Shown: piece after piece, positions 11,920 through 26,164 of the stretch
Layout: each line of letters opens with the position of its first letter
How positions within the stretch are numbered: the first letter of the stretch is position 1
Origin: Eledone cirrhosa
Lineage: Eukaryota
Assembly: GCA_964016885.1 (NCBI GenBank)
Contig: OZ024744.1
Location: forward strand, 85,312,001 to 85,376,000
DNA length: 64,000 nucleotides
Direction of reading: 5' to 3'
Notes under the pieces: model-generated
Told to the model about the DNA's origin: nothing
Databases searched by the model: none
What the model saw: the letters and a program-made list of their open reading frames with translations, nothing else
Program-made: the position numbers and the translations under genes

Positions 11920-12335
11920 TATGTGCCTTTCTTAGTGCCGTTTCTATGTGCCCTTCTTAGTGCCGTTTCTTGTATACTGTGTATATTTGTTAGCCCGGGG
12001 GGTTCGGTTATTCATCTGTTTGTGTGTTTTTATTATTCCCATAAACCCTAATGTTATAGGGTTTATTTATATCTCCCTCATTCACATTCGGATTATTTCT
12101 ACATCTAGATCTTTATATTTGGAGAATTTCTCCATTGCCTTGATAGATATATTGTCGTTTGTGGTCATAAATACATCAATTAGGAAACAATTTTGTTTCA
12201 TATTTTTTCTCATCATATCCAGTACTCCCATTATTATTTACATTGATTTTACTTTGACATTTATCTTAATTTTTTTGATTTCGAAATCCTTGTACTTTGA
12301 CGGTTTTGCCAATTGCTTTGAGAGGAATATGGAGT
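11920..12335 (-). mobile_element. RLE-type LINE endonuclease C-terminal remnant
   Basis: Minus-strand CFLIDVFMTTNDNISIKAMEKFSKYKDLDVEIIRM, with stops. Confidence 0.6.
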
Positions 12336-12874
12336 GACAGAAATATCAATGCTCCGTCCAGGAAACATGGAATTAGAATGAGAAATTTCTCACCGACAGT
12401 TGCATTCCAATGTCATGTACACGAGTGAAGAATTTGTTTTTAAGTGAATATGCATGTGCCGGGGAGAGCGAAAGTGGGTATGTTGAGTGTGTTGCTAGAA
12501 TTAAACAACTGTTATATGGTACTATGCCTTGTATTATCAACAGGAAACACGCTCTGGACATGGAAATACGGATCGGATCGTTGTACAACCTGAAACGGCA
12601 CCCAATTCCACGTTGGGATGGAAGGTAGAAGGCCTAGGTGTCATACACAGGGGTCTTGTGATACTCAACAGAGTGTAACAAGTTGAAAGCTCGCTTTGAT
12701 ACCAATAAAATCTGTACTACAACAACAACAAAAACAACAACACCGCCAGCAACATAAACACGGCAGCAACAACAACAGCATCAGCAACAATAAAAACATA
12801 TCGTCACCAACAAACTTGTCTACAGCTACAGAATTAACAACAGCTGTCGAAACCAACAGCAACACAACGACAGC

Positions 12875-13687
12875 AACAACAATAAAAACAATATCACTAC
12901 CAACAACTGCAGCTAACAACAACTTCATAATTAACAACAGCTCTCGAAACCAACAACAGCAACATCACAACGGCAGCGGCAACAACACCAACAGCAACAA
13001 TAAATACAATATCACCACCAACAACTTTGGCTACAGCTACAAAAATAAGAACAGCTGTAAAAACCAAAACTAAACCCTAGAAAGGTAATTCCTCTGTTAC
13101 TGGAGTTGATTTAAGCAACTGTCCACCTTTTATAAATGTTTCTGGCCTTGTTCTTAAATTAAAAGCCACCATTGCTGTTATCCATCAGCGAAAAGGTGTT
13201 CTTATTCCATTTTTATTATTTTTATCATTAATATTATTATATTTATTATAAAAACGATCACATATATATATGTTGTTCTTTCAGGCAACGTGGATTTACA
13301 ACACCTTATTGAGGAACTTTTGTCAAATGGGATTCTAAGAGACATTTTACTTACCTTCTTTTTTTTTTTACCTACATCTGTTTGTTCGATGGCTTACTTT
13401 TAGTTTTAGTTTTGTTAGTCATATATTTCTTTCTTATTGTTTTCGTTCATAATAAAGCACAGTGAAATATATGGCGTGTGGTGTTGAAAGGATTGCACCA
13501 TTCCAGTGGGAAAGAAAATACCACTGCTGGGTGGAAGGCTCTGGGTGGCAAGAACTATTGAACAAAAGTGTTCATTTAAAACCCGTATCATTGATATTGG
13601 CACATAATTCTTTTTTTATATATTTGTTATATTTGGTAGTTTTGTTGTGTCTAGGGTTCTTATTTTCTTTTGATATTTGTTTGTATA
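12875..13687. repeat. Right arm of the ~800-bp inverted duplication
   Basis: Reverse complement of 7355-8160. Confidence 0.9.
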
Positions 13688-13704
13688 CACACATATACAC
13701 ACAC

Positions 13705-13750
<46 letters not shown>

Positions 13751-13760
13751 AATATATATG

Positions 13761-13871
<111 letters not shown>

Positions 13872-14008
13872 AAGCAAATTATAAACGTAAACATGTAAGT
13901 ATATATGTGTGTGTGTGTGTATATATATATGTATATATATATATATATATAAAGAAAACGAAAAATCAGTGATGCATCTGGACTTAATTTATAGCTACCA
14001 TTATACAC

Positions 14009-14159
<151 letters not shown>

Positions 14160-15074
14160 CGGACGGACAGACAGTCAGGGGTAGTGTGCTAGTGTATGCA
14201 TATACGAGAGAGAGAGAGATGGACAGACAGATAGAGTGTGTGTGTGTGTAATGAGAGAGAGAGTAAAATGGAGTGTGTGTGCGTGCGTATATGTATTTGT
14301 CTGTGTGAGTGTGTGTATGTAGACAGAGAGAGTAGAGGGTATACGAAAATGAGTGAAAAGGTATATGTGTGAGTGTGTGTATGTGCTTGTGCCTGTGTGT
14401 AAGAGAGAGAGAGAGAGAGAGAGAGTCTCTGACAGGCAGAGAGTGTGCGTGTGTATGTATGTGTGTGACGAGAGAGAGCGTAAAATGGAGCATGTGTGAA
14501 TGTGTGTATGTAACCAGTGTGTATATATATATGTACGATACTGAGTGAAGAGCGTGTAAGAAAAAAGAGTGAAAAGGTGTATGTGTGAGTGTGTATGTAC
14601 AATTATGTGTGAGGGAGAAGAAACTGTAAAGTGGACTATGTGTGAGTGCGGGAGAGTACGTGTGTGTACGTGTATTTCACAGCCTTCTGCTATGAACGTG
14701 TTAAGGTTATGACCACCGTCATACAACCCTAGTCTCTTTCTCTCTCGTTGGTGGTTGTCATGGGTATCGCACTGCATGCATATGAGCTTCATCAGCACAT
14801 ATACATAGGCGATAAATCTATAAGATTCTAGCTTACTTTTGTCTCAACGGAGACTAGGTGGATATGCAGCCTTGCAAAACACCAACAAACGAGAAACAAA
14901 TGAGAAACGAATGCTTCCCTTGGTTTTTGATGTGACTAAAGATTTTTAGCGGTGGACCCAAGTTTAATAAATCAATAGAGGAAGGCTGCCAAAGGTTTTT
15001 CATAAACATCCCATATACAACATATACATACAGATACTGTATATCCATAATGGTATGTTGGAGCCCCTATACTA

Positions 15075-15151
<77 letters not shown>

Positions 15152-15153
<2 letters not shown>

Positions 15154-15353
15154 GGAAAAGATTCAGGACCCCGACGGCAGAGCTCAAGCCATTTCGACAG
15201 CTATTTCTGGACTGCAGTCCAGAAATAGACGTCGAAACGGTTTGAGCTCTGCCATTGGGGTCCTGAACCTTTTCCTATTACCCACTCTACTACCCATAGT
15301 ATCGAGTACTCTGTTGCGTTATGGTCCACTTGGTTCCTTATCACACTTCCTTC

Positions 15354-15356
<3 letters not shown>
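15152..15356 (+). mobile_element. Hairpin Penelope-like 3' fragment in (TA)n
   Basis: Imperfect 63-bp arms at 15152-15214 / 15215-15277 with no spacer, then a tail. Contains only the HHR 3' half (cGAAAcggtt). Confidence 0.65.
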
Positions 15357-15435
<79 letters not shown>

Positions 15436-15442
15436 TATATAT

Positions 15443-16145
15443 GTATGTATGTATACGTACATACATATATGTATACAGACGTATATATACATGCACACAT
15501 ATATATATGCACGAATCGGTTTACCGAACATTTATTATAATGCGCGGTTTGTTTGTTTGTAAACAAACAAAGAGCCCGAATTACGCCGTACAGTGTTTAG
15601 GCAACCATAAATGGAATATAATGAAACGGAATTTCATTTCTCACTCTTAGTACGGCACTTACTTAAATGTAAGTATGTATGTATACATACATATCTATTC
15701 CATTTATCGTTTTCGGTGTGCCCGGCCGACTGAACTCACTCGATATGCAAATTAGGCTGCTCAGCCGTTAATATGCATAATGAAAGTATATACTTTCAGA
15801 CGTTCAACCATCTGGCAGGAAGATATACGATGCTGACGATAGCTAATAAGCTTGAAACTAGTACATCGTTCCTGTGTCAGTGTTGAACAAAAAGGTGACG
15901 TGGTTGCCTAAACACTGTACGGCGTAATTCGGGCTGTTTGTTTGTTTACAAACAAACAAACCGAGCATTATAATAAATGTTCGGTAAACCGATACGTGCA
16001 TATATATATATATGTGTGCATGTATATATATATATATACATACTACTGTACGTCTGTATACATATATGTATGTACGTATACATACATACTTACTTACATT
16101 TAAGTAAGTGCCGAACTAAGAGTGAGAAATGAAATTCCGTTTCAC
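15443..16145 (+). mobile_element. HHR family A element with inverted 5' segments
   Basis: Inverted pieces at about 15443-15690, then a plus-strand unit with an intact HHR at 15827-15869. Confidence 0.8.
15827..15869 (+). ncRNA. Type I hammerhead ribozyme (family A), perfect stem I
   Basis: acgatg-CTGACGA-tagctaataagctt-GAAActaGTA-catcgt. Confidence 0.88.
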
Positions 16146-16179
16146 TCTATTCCACATATATATATATATACATACACAA

Positions 16180-16243
<64 letters not shown>

Positions 16244-16489
16244 ACCCACACACACACACATATATATATATATAGTAAAACTAGTAGTGTTTTCGGAATT
16301 AATCGAAATTGTTCTCCCAGGCGAAAACACATCGAATTAATCGCGGTTTCTACGAAACTCACTTGATGAAACTAAAATAGATTCTCGAATCAGAGTGGAC
16401 TCATTAGATTTAAAGAGGAGACAGCGATGCATGAACGAATCAATAGAGATCAATCAATAAAATTAATAAAATTGATAATATTAATCATT

Positions 16490-16605
16490 ACCCAGACGAT
16501 GTGGTTTCTAATTCACCAACTATTAATAGCAATTGCAGTAGAAAGTGCTCATCGAACAATGAATTAGTAAGTAAGCACTGACAGGCATATTTTCCTCAGT
16601 CGGGT
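16490..16605 (-). ncRNA. Degenerate HHR-like motif with a long stem II insert
   Basis: Minus strand acccga-CTGAGGA-...-GAAAC-cacatc-GTC-tgggt; the stems are imperfect. Confidence 0.45.
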
Positions 16606-17005
16606 TTTGTCCGATAATCCCATATCAGACACCCCAGATGAAATGTTTCACACACACTATATGTTTTTGCGTTAAAATTCCTTGATCCATAGAGGTGTGC
16701 ACAGTAGTGGTATCGGTGTGAGACCTGTTGGCGGGAATAGATAGAAAAATATTTATTCCGACGTCTAAATCCCTCAACTACTTTTGTAAATAAATTCGTA
16801 AGCTAGGAGTAAAAATAGTAAAACTAGTAGAGTTTTTCAAATTAATTATTGTTTTATTAAGGCGGCATCACAGATAAAATTAACCACGGCTGCCCCCCAT
16901 TCATTTGATATAACAAGGAATAGATTCTTCATTCAGAGTTGACTCAATAGTTTTAAAGGGGAGACAATGCTACATGAAAAATGAAAAAAGCAATCATTAA
17001 TATCA

Positions 17006-17036
<31 letters not shown>

Positions 17037-17060
17037 TACACATACACACACACGCACACG

Positions 17061-17111
<51 letters not shown>

Positions 17112-17242
17112 TTGTTTATAGTGGTAGCTATGGTGCTTCCGTAGGCGGTATGCCAAAATTAGCACTTGATATTCATCAGAGTAGAGTGTAGATATTATCA
17201 TGAAAACGAAAAATCAGTGATGCATCTGGACTTAGTTTATTT

Positions 17243-17333
17243 CGTGTTACAAATGTTTCGCCGGCATGTAGCTCGAGTCATGGTCCTTGTATGGATCTGG
17301 CTGATTCTACTTCTGCGGGTTCTTTCAGACACG
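17243..17333 (-). ncRNA. HHR-like motif at a Penelope-like 3' end
   Basis: Minus strand cgtgt-CTGAAAGA-acccgca...tgccggc-GAAAC-attt-GTA-acacg. The core has a one-base insertion. Confidence 0.55.
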
Positions 17334-17579
17334 TCTGTTATGTCCGGAGCAAATTTTAACACTGGGGTGTTGTCATCAAAACAACCCCTCAAAAAACCTT
17401 CTTTCCACTCTTGTCATGCCATTGGCTGTTTTTACTCCACGTCATCACAAGTTCTGGTCAGTATCTGCTGCCACACGGTTCATCAACTATTTTCCGTCCG
17501 ACATATTTCAATAGAGTCATGCTGGGTTATGTACTTCACACGTCCGCTCACACTTCTGATTAAGCACCCACACATACTA

Positions 17580-17651
<72 letters not shown>

Positions 17652-17655
<4 letters not shown>

Positions 17656-18610
17656 GTTGCCTCCCTTGCCGATCCCCACGTGGGGTCATTGAACTAAAAC
17701 CTGTTGAGAAAGTGGCTTCCTTGTTCAATCATCTTACCAGAAGCCTGACATTATATATGTAAGCGGACGGTACTTGATTTAGGAGCCGCAGAAACCCATA
17801 TACTGGATTTTACCAACCTTCCAGGGGTCCGGGTAAATTTTCAATACCCGAATTACTTGATCATTTCTTTGGCTATGCGAATGATTGTTTAACCATCGTC
17901 TCAGTGTGTTTGGCCTTGAACGTTTGTTATAGCTCTGGTTCTTCTGAATCATTGAGGACTTGCCGCACATCTCCGAGGTTGTTTTTCCTTATTTCGTGGG
18001 CCGAAATGCGAATCTCGATAATTTATGTTTGTATTTATCTCCAGACTCTAGCTATTGACCAGTTAATTTTCGTGATTTTTTAGTTGATTCTATTGACTGA
18101 TGAATAGCTTATGTTAATTTTAACCCTTCTGTTGAGAACTCTATTCGATTTGTGATGTTTTTGCATTCTTGCAAGAATATACACAACTGAATTCATTCGC
18201 CAGATATAGGGGTTGCCTCCCTTGCCGATCCCCACGTTGGGTCAGCAATAGTCAGTCCTTGTATTAACATTGAACTAAAACCTGTTGAGAAAGTGGCTTC
18301 CTTGTTCAATCATCTTACCAGAAGCCTGACATTATATATGTAAGCGGACGGTACTTGATTTAGGAGCTGCAGAAACCCATATACTGGATTTTACCAACCT
18401 TCCAGGGGTCCGGGTAAATTTTCAATACCCGAATTACTTGATCGTTTTTTTAGCTATGCGAATGATTGTTTAACCATCGTCTCAGTGTGTTTGGCCTTTA
18501 ACGTCTGTTATAGCTCTGGTTCTTCTGAATCATTGAGCACTTGCCGCACATCTCGGAGGTTGTTTTTCGTTATTTCGTGGGCCGAAATGCGAATCTCGAT
18601 AATTTATGTT
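17652..18610 (+). mobile_element. Tandem 581-bp element (family C) with one U3-A8 HHR-like motif per unit
   Basis: Direct repeat 17652-18030 vs 18208-18610. Motif TTGAGAA-a-gtggcttc...ggagccgc-a-GAAAC at 17700-17806 and 18281-18387. Confidence 0.65.
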
Positions 18611-18788
18611 TATATATAACCTGAAATTTATAAATTCCTAAATTTATAAATTTATTATAATAAATTGAAGTAAAAGCAACTGGTGCGTGTGTTTCTTATT
18701 GGCAACATGACCCTCCCAAAATATAACAATATTGGTTTCAACACACGTTTTCAGATAAAGAATCTTGCTAAACAAATTCAGAAACGAA

Positions 18789-18903
<115 letters not shown>

Positions 18904-19044
18904 GGAGGTGAGTTTTATTGTAGTACAATAAAGCAATGCAGATATCGGATAAGAAGCACTCTACAGTTTGTAGGACTGGAGTATACATAATATAAGATCA
19001 AAAGATGGTTAAAGGAGTTATATATATATATATGGAAAAGAATT

Positions 19045-19760
19045 AAATGAAATTTCATTTCTCACTCTTAGTACGGCTGATACTTAAAGGTAAGTATGTA
19101 TAAGTTTGAAGCTTATTAGCTATCGCAGCATCGTATACCTTCCTGTCAGATGATTGAACGTTTGAAAGTATATACTTTCCTTATGCATATTAACGGCTGA
19201 GCAGCTTCATTTGCATATCGTGTGAATTAGTCGGCCGGGCATACCGAAAAATTTCATTTTTCATACTTAGTACGGCTGATACTTAAATGTAAGTATGTAT
19301 ACGTACATACATATATGTATACAGACGTACAGTAGTATATATATATATACATACATGCACACATATATATATATACGTATGTGTTTACCGAACATTTATT
19401 ATAATGTTCGGTTTGTATGTAAACAAACAGCCCGAATTAAGCCGTACAGTGTTCGGCAACCATCGTCGCCTTTTTGTTCAACACTGACAAAGAAACGATG
19501 AACTAGTTTCAAGCTTATTAGCTATCGTCAGCATCGTATACCTTCCGGTCAGGTGATTGAACGTTTGAATGTATATACTTTCCTTATGCATATTAACGGC
19601 TAAACAGCCTAATTTGCATATCGAATGAGTTAGTCGGCCGGGCGTACCGAAAAGGATAAATGGAAACGAATGAAATGAAATTTCATTTCTCACTCTTAGT
19701 TACAAACAAACCGAACATTATAATAAATGTTCGGTAAACCCATACGTACATATACATATA
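19045..19760 (-). mobile_element. HHR family A element, minus strand, about 1.7 deleted units
   Basis: HHR at 19495-19537 (GUU triplet) and a degenerate copy at about 19103-19135. Confidence 0.8.
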
Positions 19761-19780
19761 TATGTATGCATGTATGAGAT

Positions 19781-19900
<120 letters not shown>

Positions 19901-20699
19901 TATGTGTGTGTGGGAGTGTTACAGTGTTGCATATATTTCTCCTCATCCTGTAAAAAATCAAAACAAAAATAAACATCAAACACAAAATATTAAAAAGTAA
20001 CAGAAATATCAACTGTAAAGATTTAAAATACCGTTGCCTTTGGTTCAAATATGAACAAGTTGATATTTACTTGGTTTCTAAGTCATCTAAACTATAATAA
20101 AGTAAGGATTGCGGGACTGCGTAAGATTTATAATTTGTTATCCCATTAGTAAAATAAGTTGGATTACTTTGAATAAATAATGAATGAATATTACATAATT
20201 TATCTACTAAATTTCGTGGCTGTTCATTAAATATATTTTATTACTTATTTAAAGATTCACTTCTTTAAAATTTTCAAATGTCAGCACTGCCCGTGCGATC
20301 GCTTAAATAAACATATTAATTTTCTGTCACTAATTTTCTCCTAATGTAGTTTATATATAATATCGTCTTTTTTTAATGTATCATGGATTACTTTACTGGT
20401 TACATAAGACAGTGTAACATTGTGTTCGTTCAATTTCTGTGTATATTGTCAATTGCGATTTTATTTGGTGTATCAAATCAACATGTATATATACTTGCGT
20501 ATAATATCAATATACACACTACACATGCTAGCAGAAAACCACCCGAGAGGATGGTTTTTCTGCTGGTTTCTCTAATGATCTCAATACTTAGTTTAGAGGT
20601 TGTTTATTCATAGGGAATATCTTATCGTCGCCATCATTGCCTCACCTTCCAACACCATAATTACTGCAACAAAACAAAAACACCACCAAAGACATCAGA

Positions 20700-20749
20700 G
20701 TAAATACTACTACTGGTGGTGGTTGTGGTGGTTGTGGTGTTGATGCTGT

Positions 20750-20797
<48 letters not shown>

Positions 20798-20811
20798 AAC
20801 TACTACTTCTA

Positions 20812-20881
<70 letters not shown>

Positions 20882-21020
20882 CACCACCACCATCACAACC
20901 ATCACCACTACCTTGACAAAAGCAATTATCATGATGATCATGATGATCATCATCATTATTATGATCATCATCATTATCACCATCATCATCATCATCACTA
21001 CCACCACCACCACCACCACC

Positions 21021-21053
<33 letters not shown>

Positions 21054-21110
21054 TTCAACACCATCATCATAAACATCATCAACATCATTCACATCATAAC
21101 CACCACCAGT

Positions 21111-21156
<46 letters not shown>

Positions 21157-21160
21157 ACAG
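20700..21160. repeat. Compound trinucleotide microsatellite (TAC/CAC/CAT)n
   Basis: Seen directly in the sequence. Confidence 0.9.
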
Positions 21161-21378
21161 CATTACCAACACCAAATACATCCATTGACTTTCCATATCT
21201 TAGTTGTTATGAAATATAACTAACATTGTATTGCAGAAACATAGCATCTCCACTGAAAGATACACAAATATAGACGTAATACCTATAAACACATGTATAT
21301 ATATATATATATATAGATAGATAGATAGATATATACATACATGTTTATATACATTTATGTATACATATATGTATATAT

Positions 21379-21481
<103 letters not shown>

Positions 21482-21997
21482 TATTTCATTCGCACCGTTT
21501 CCTTTCGCTATATGTCTCTCCACCACTCCCCTACACAGCCTTTGAACTCTGTTCCCACACACTTCTCAGCCCGAAACGTCGTTCCCCACCAACACCCCAC
21601 TCTCCAGAGCGTGAAATTAATAAACATTCGTCGTACTGCCTCTCTGTTTTGTTCCTGTTCAAATTTTTCCATTATATATATATATATATAGTAATAATAA
21701 TAAATTTGAAGACTAAAATCCAAAGAGGGCTCGATAATGATAAATATATATCAAATATATAAGAGCCGTAGAGAAAAAAAAATCATTTATTTGTTTTGAG
21801 CTGTTTAGCTTCATTTGGTTTTTGGGTTGGGTGGTTAATACTTTCTTGACAAACTTTTCAGTTTTGTATGGCTTCTTAACACATTGTTTAGCTCTGGTTT
21901 TTAACTATTGAGCACTTTGCTAGTATCATTTCTGATATTTGCGTTTCGCTTCGCTTTTCCTGCCCGCCGAAAATTTGATTCTCGCTGAATCTTTATT

Positions 21998-22093
<96 letters not shown>

Positions 22094-22342
22094 AATAAAG
22101 ATTCAGCGAGAATCAAATTTTTTAAATTATTGATGTATTGTTTTATTGATATTTTTTATCTGTTTGTCCCGAATCTTCTATTATCGATTTTTTATCGTAT
22201 GGTTGATTGTAGACTTGTTCTATGTGTGACGGTATTTTAACGATAGTTATAGCTCTGATTCATCTGAATTATTGAGCCCTCTGCCGCTCATTTCGAATAT
22301 TGTTTATCGTGAACTCGTGCGCCGATTTTTCGATACTCGATC

Positions 22343-22477
<135 letters not shown>

Positions 22478-22633
22478 TTAGAAACACACAGATACATGCG
22501 GACACACACATATACATGAATGCATCCGCACCCAACCGTGAGTTAAGGGTGCCAACTTCACCGATGTTGCTCAATGAATGACTGGGACAGACCAATCCGG
22601 TTGAACTAGACTGAACCAGTATCAGAGTTAAAA

Positions 22634-23226
22634 ATACATTATGAAGAGAGAAGAAACATTTAGATATAATTAGTAATAAAATGTATCATACCTAAACTGC
22701 TCCTAGATTCCTTGACTACGTAGTTTCGTGGCATAAACAAAAACAATACATCATAAAGATATAGAGTCCTTGCGAGGTCTGCCGACTTATCAAGAGGATA
22801 CCTCATTTTACTAGTCTCAAGAACGCGTCTACACGACGTGAGAAAGAATCCCAAAAGGCGGAGGGGGAGATAGTCACGCGATATAACCTTCTACGGCTTC
22901 GATATAAATACCCCCTCCGCCTCCGTGGTATTTTCTTCGGGGTTATAAGAGGCTTAGCTCTGTTTCTCGACCGTTATATCGCGTGACTATCTCCCCCTCT
23001 GCCTTTTGGGATTCTTTCTCACGTCGTGTAGATGCGTTCTTGAGACTAGTAAAATGAGGTATCCTCTTGATAAGTCGGCAGACCTCGCAAGGACTCTATA
23101 TCTTTATGATGTATTGTTTTTGTTTATGCCACGAAACTACGTAGTCAAGGAATCTAGGAGCAGTTTAGGTATGATACATTTTATTACTAATTATATCTAA
23201 ATGTTTCTTCTCTCTTCATAATGTAT
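22634..23226. mobile_element. Hairpin element with 254-bp arms and an 85-bp spacer, one HHR in each arm
   Basis: Arms at 22634-22887 / 22973-23226; two mismatches seen, both at CpG. Confidence 0.85.
23062..23151 (+). ncRNA. Type I HHR, U3-A8 variant with extended stem II (mirror copy 22709-22798 on minus)
   Basis: tcctc-TTGATAA-gt(c)ggca...tgccac-GAAA-ctacgta-GTC-aagga. Stem III is the palindrome ACTACGTAGT. Confidence 0.7.
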
Positions 23227-23239
23227 ATATATATATATA

Positions 23240-24255
23240 AAACTTTGAATAATTTTGAAATGTTTCGGCCAGTATTGGCCCAGGCCATGTCTAACTTAAT
23301 AGCACCACCTGGCGAAGTCTTTCAATTCAGGATTTGGGCACCATGGCCCATTCGAGAAGAGAATTACTGTTTGCGGAGACATATCCGGGTGTGGGTGGTT
23401 TGTCCGTTATTACTTGGGGGAATTTGTTCAAAGACTTCTTGAATTTTGTGTGATCAGTTTCTGTTTTGACGTGTCCTGGTGTGATGTTGAAGAGAGCAGG
23501 GCCAATTGAGGTGAAATAATTGTGCCGTATTGTTGTTATGAATTGCGATTTAGATTTTTGTTTGGGACGGATAGAACGGGCCCAAGCCTTGGGTGTATTT
23601 TGAAGGTGATGCCAACATCATTTGGGCAGTGCTGATGAAACATTTTCCACATCATGCAGATAATATAACGCTCACGGCGACGTTGGAGTGAGTAAAGTTT
23701 CAGCTTTTCTAGTCGACCCCAGTAGTCAAGGTCTGACATGCCATCTATCTTTTTTGTGATTGCCCTTTGGGGAGCTTCAAGTTTCATGATACTTTGTTTC
23801 GTGTGGGGAGACCACAGTGGACAACAGTATTCAAGGTGTGGTCGGGCAAAAGTGGAGAAGAGAAGGATAATGGTGTGGGAATCTCTCGACTGGAAGGTTC
23901 TGAGGATCCAGGAACACATTCTGCGGGCCATGTCAACTTTGCTGCTGATATGCGTGGCCCAGCTTATGTTGCTGTCCACGGTTACTCCCAAGTCTCTGAT
24001 GTTGTTAGATGCCACGAGAGTTTCACCGGAGGGAAGGGAGTACGGGAGTTTCAGAGCATCCTCTTTTCCAAAGTGGATCAGTTCGAATTTGTCTTCGTTC
24101 AGTAACATGTTGTTCTTTTCCGCCCATTGGGTAACAGCCAGTAGGTCTGACTGAAGGCTTATCTGGTCATCCACACCATTGATGACCTTTTGGAGCTTGG
24201 AATCATCAGCGAAAATTCTAATGTTGCCGTGTTTGATGATGTCAGTGATGTCATT
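23240..24255 (-). mobile_element. CR1/L2-like LINE, 5'-truncated RT 3' end
   Basis: FADDSKL motif; ORF 23536-24174 contains RDLGV and RPHLEYCCPLWSP. Confidence 0.85.
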
Positions 24256-24295
24256 AATATAGATGATGTCATTAATATATATATATATATATTTT

Positions 24296-24326
<31 letters not shown>

Positions 24327-24384
24327 CATCACCATCATCATCATTTTACGTCCGCTTTTATATGTTTGTGTATGTGTCTCTGTT

Positions 24385-24445
<61 letters not shown>

Positions 24446-24512
24446 GCACATACAGACACACCAACCCATTCATATATATATAAATATAAAAACACATACA
24501 TACATGTATGTA

Positions 24513-24569
<57 letters not shown>

Positions 24570-24600
24570 GTGTGTATCTGTTTATGTGTACACACGCACC

Positions 24601-24654
<54 letters not shown>

Positions 24655-24683
24655 AAATAATAATAAAAGGAGCGCACGAGTTG

Positions 24684-24827
<144 letters not shown>

Positions 24828-24899
24828 ATAGAGAGAAAAAGACGATTATTAGGAAGAAAAATATTTGTTTCCCTTTTATTTTATTTTTCTGTTTAAAAC

Positions 24900-25940
24900 A
24901 AAATATTTTACTTTGTGTGAAGTGTTAAGGTATCAGTCAATTTATTTATTAATTAACAATAGCATTTATCTAATCAATTTATATATTTAATAATTGTCTG
25001 TTAACGGTTTCAGCATTTTATGCATTATCAAAGGGGGAATGTGTATTGGTGTGTAGGAGAGAAGATAAGGTGATGTTAAGGAAATGGTGAAGAAAGAATA
25101 ATGTTATTTACAAACAAGGTTTTTGAAGTGAAAAGAAAAAAGAAAAAAGAGGGTGGTGGTAAAGTGGAACATGCTAAGGTAATGAGAAAGAAAATAATAA
25201 TATTATTTACAGGCATAGTTCTTGAAGATAAGCAGTTCAAAATGTGTTATGGCAAGAGTGCTTAGTTGATCCATCATGGAGGCAAATGGCAGTCTGGGTT
25301 TAATATGATTTCCCTTTTTAGAGAGTTAATATGCAGGGGGGGGGGGGGTAATTCAGGGTGGTCAGGTAGGGGAGAGAGAAATGAGAGAGGGTAATTTATT
25401 TATATAAGAAAAATGATTAGGTAGGGTGTGAAGGAAGTAACTCTTTAGAGAACATATGAATTTGGTTTTGGTTTTGGTTTTGGTTCATTGTTCGTTCCAG
25501 TTTTAGTTTAATCCGAAGTTTAGTCCATTAAGTAGAGGTTGGAATTTGTTAATGAAGTACGTTTCTTTATTGGTACGATGGACGAAAGAAGCGTTGTCTA
25601 TGAATTTGTAAATGGGGAAAATTTTAAAGTTTGGATGTTGGTTAGGTGTACAATTGGCGATACGTTCACTAAAAGCAATCTTTCTGTATTCCTGTATTTT
25701 GATTTTGATGGACGGCCATACGTTGTAGGAGGCTGTTTGTTGTCTGTCCTATGTAGTGCTCTTGACAACCTGATCAGGTCAAAACATAGATTAGGTTTTT
25801 AGATGCACATGTAAAGTTGTATTTAACTGTGAAATGTTGTTCTTGTTTAAAATGGAATGTTAAACCTTGTATTAGATTTATGCATATACCACAGTTGGGC
25901 CTTTCGCATTTTTCTTACTGTAGGATTCATTGTGAGGGTT

Positions 25941-25945
<5 letters not shown>
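24900..25945 (-). mobile_element. Penelope-like element 3' fragment (decayed GIY-YIG)
   Basis: Minus-strand NFTCASKNLIYVLT*SGCQEHYIGQT. A downstream HHR-like motif TTGATAA-tgcat..atgct-GAAAC lies at about 24998-25036. Confidence 0.75.
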
Positions 25946-26016
<71 letters not shown>

Positions 26017-26164
26017 GAGGGAGAGAGCGATTTCTATATGCATGTATACACACAGATTACTTTGCATCTCTGTGTTTTTCCAAAACTGTATGTATATTTA
26101 TATATATATATACAGATGTATGCATCTCTGAATATAAGTATTTATGTATATATGTATGTTCTTC

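Noticed and set aside
12696-13073. Q/N/T-rich 125-aa ORF
   Set aside because: A degenerate (CAA)n tract mirrored in the inverted duplication; no evidence of coding.
14839-15067. Possible minus-strand exon (ag...gtaagc)
   Set aside because: In-frame stops in the frames checked and no recognisable product; it cannot be supported without RNA data.
18097-18103. Isolated CTGATGA (also CTGAGGA at about 48735)
   Set aside because: No pairable stem II with GAAA and stem I; such matches are expected by chance.
20642-21188. Poly-D/G/S or poly-V/M ORFs
   Set aside because: A compound trinucleotide repeat that is open in several frames on both strands.
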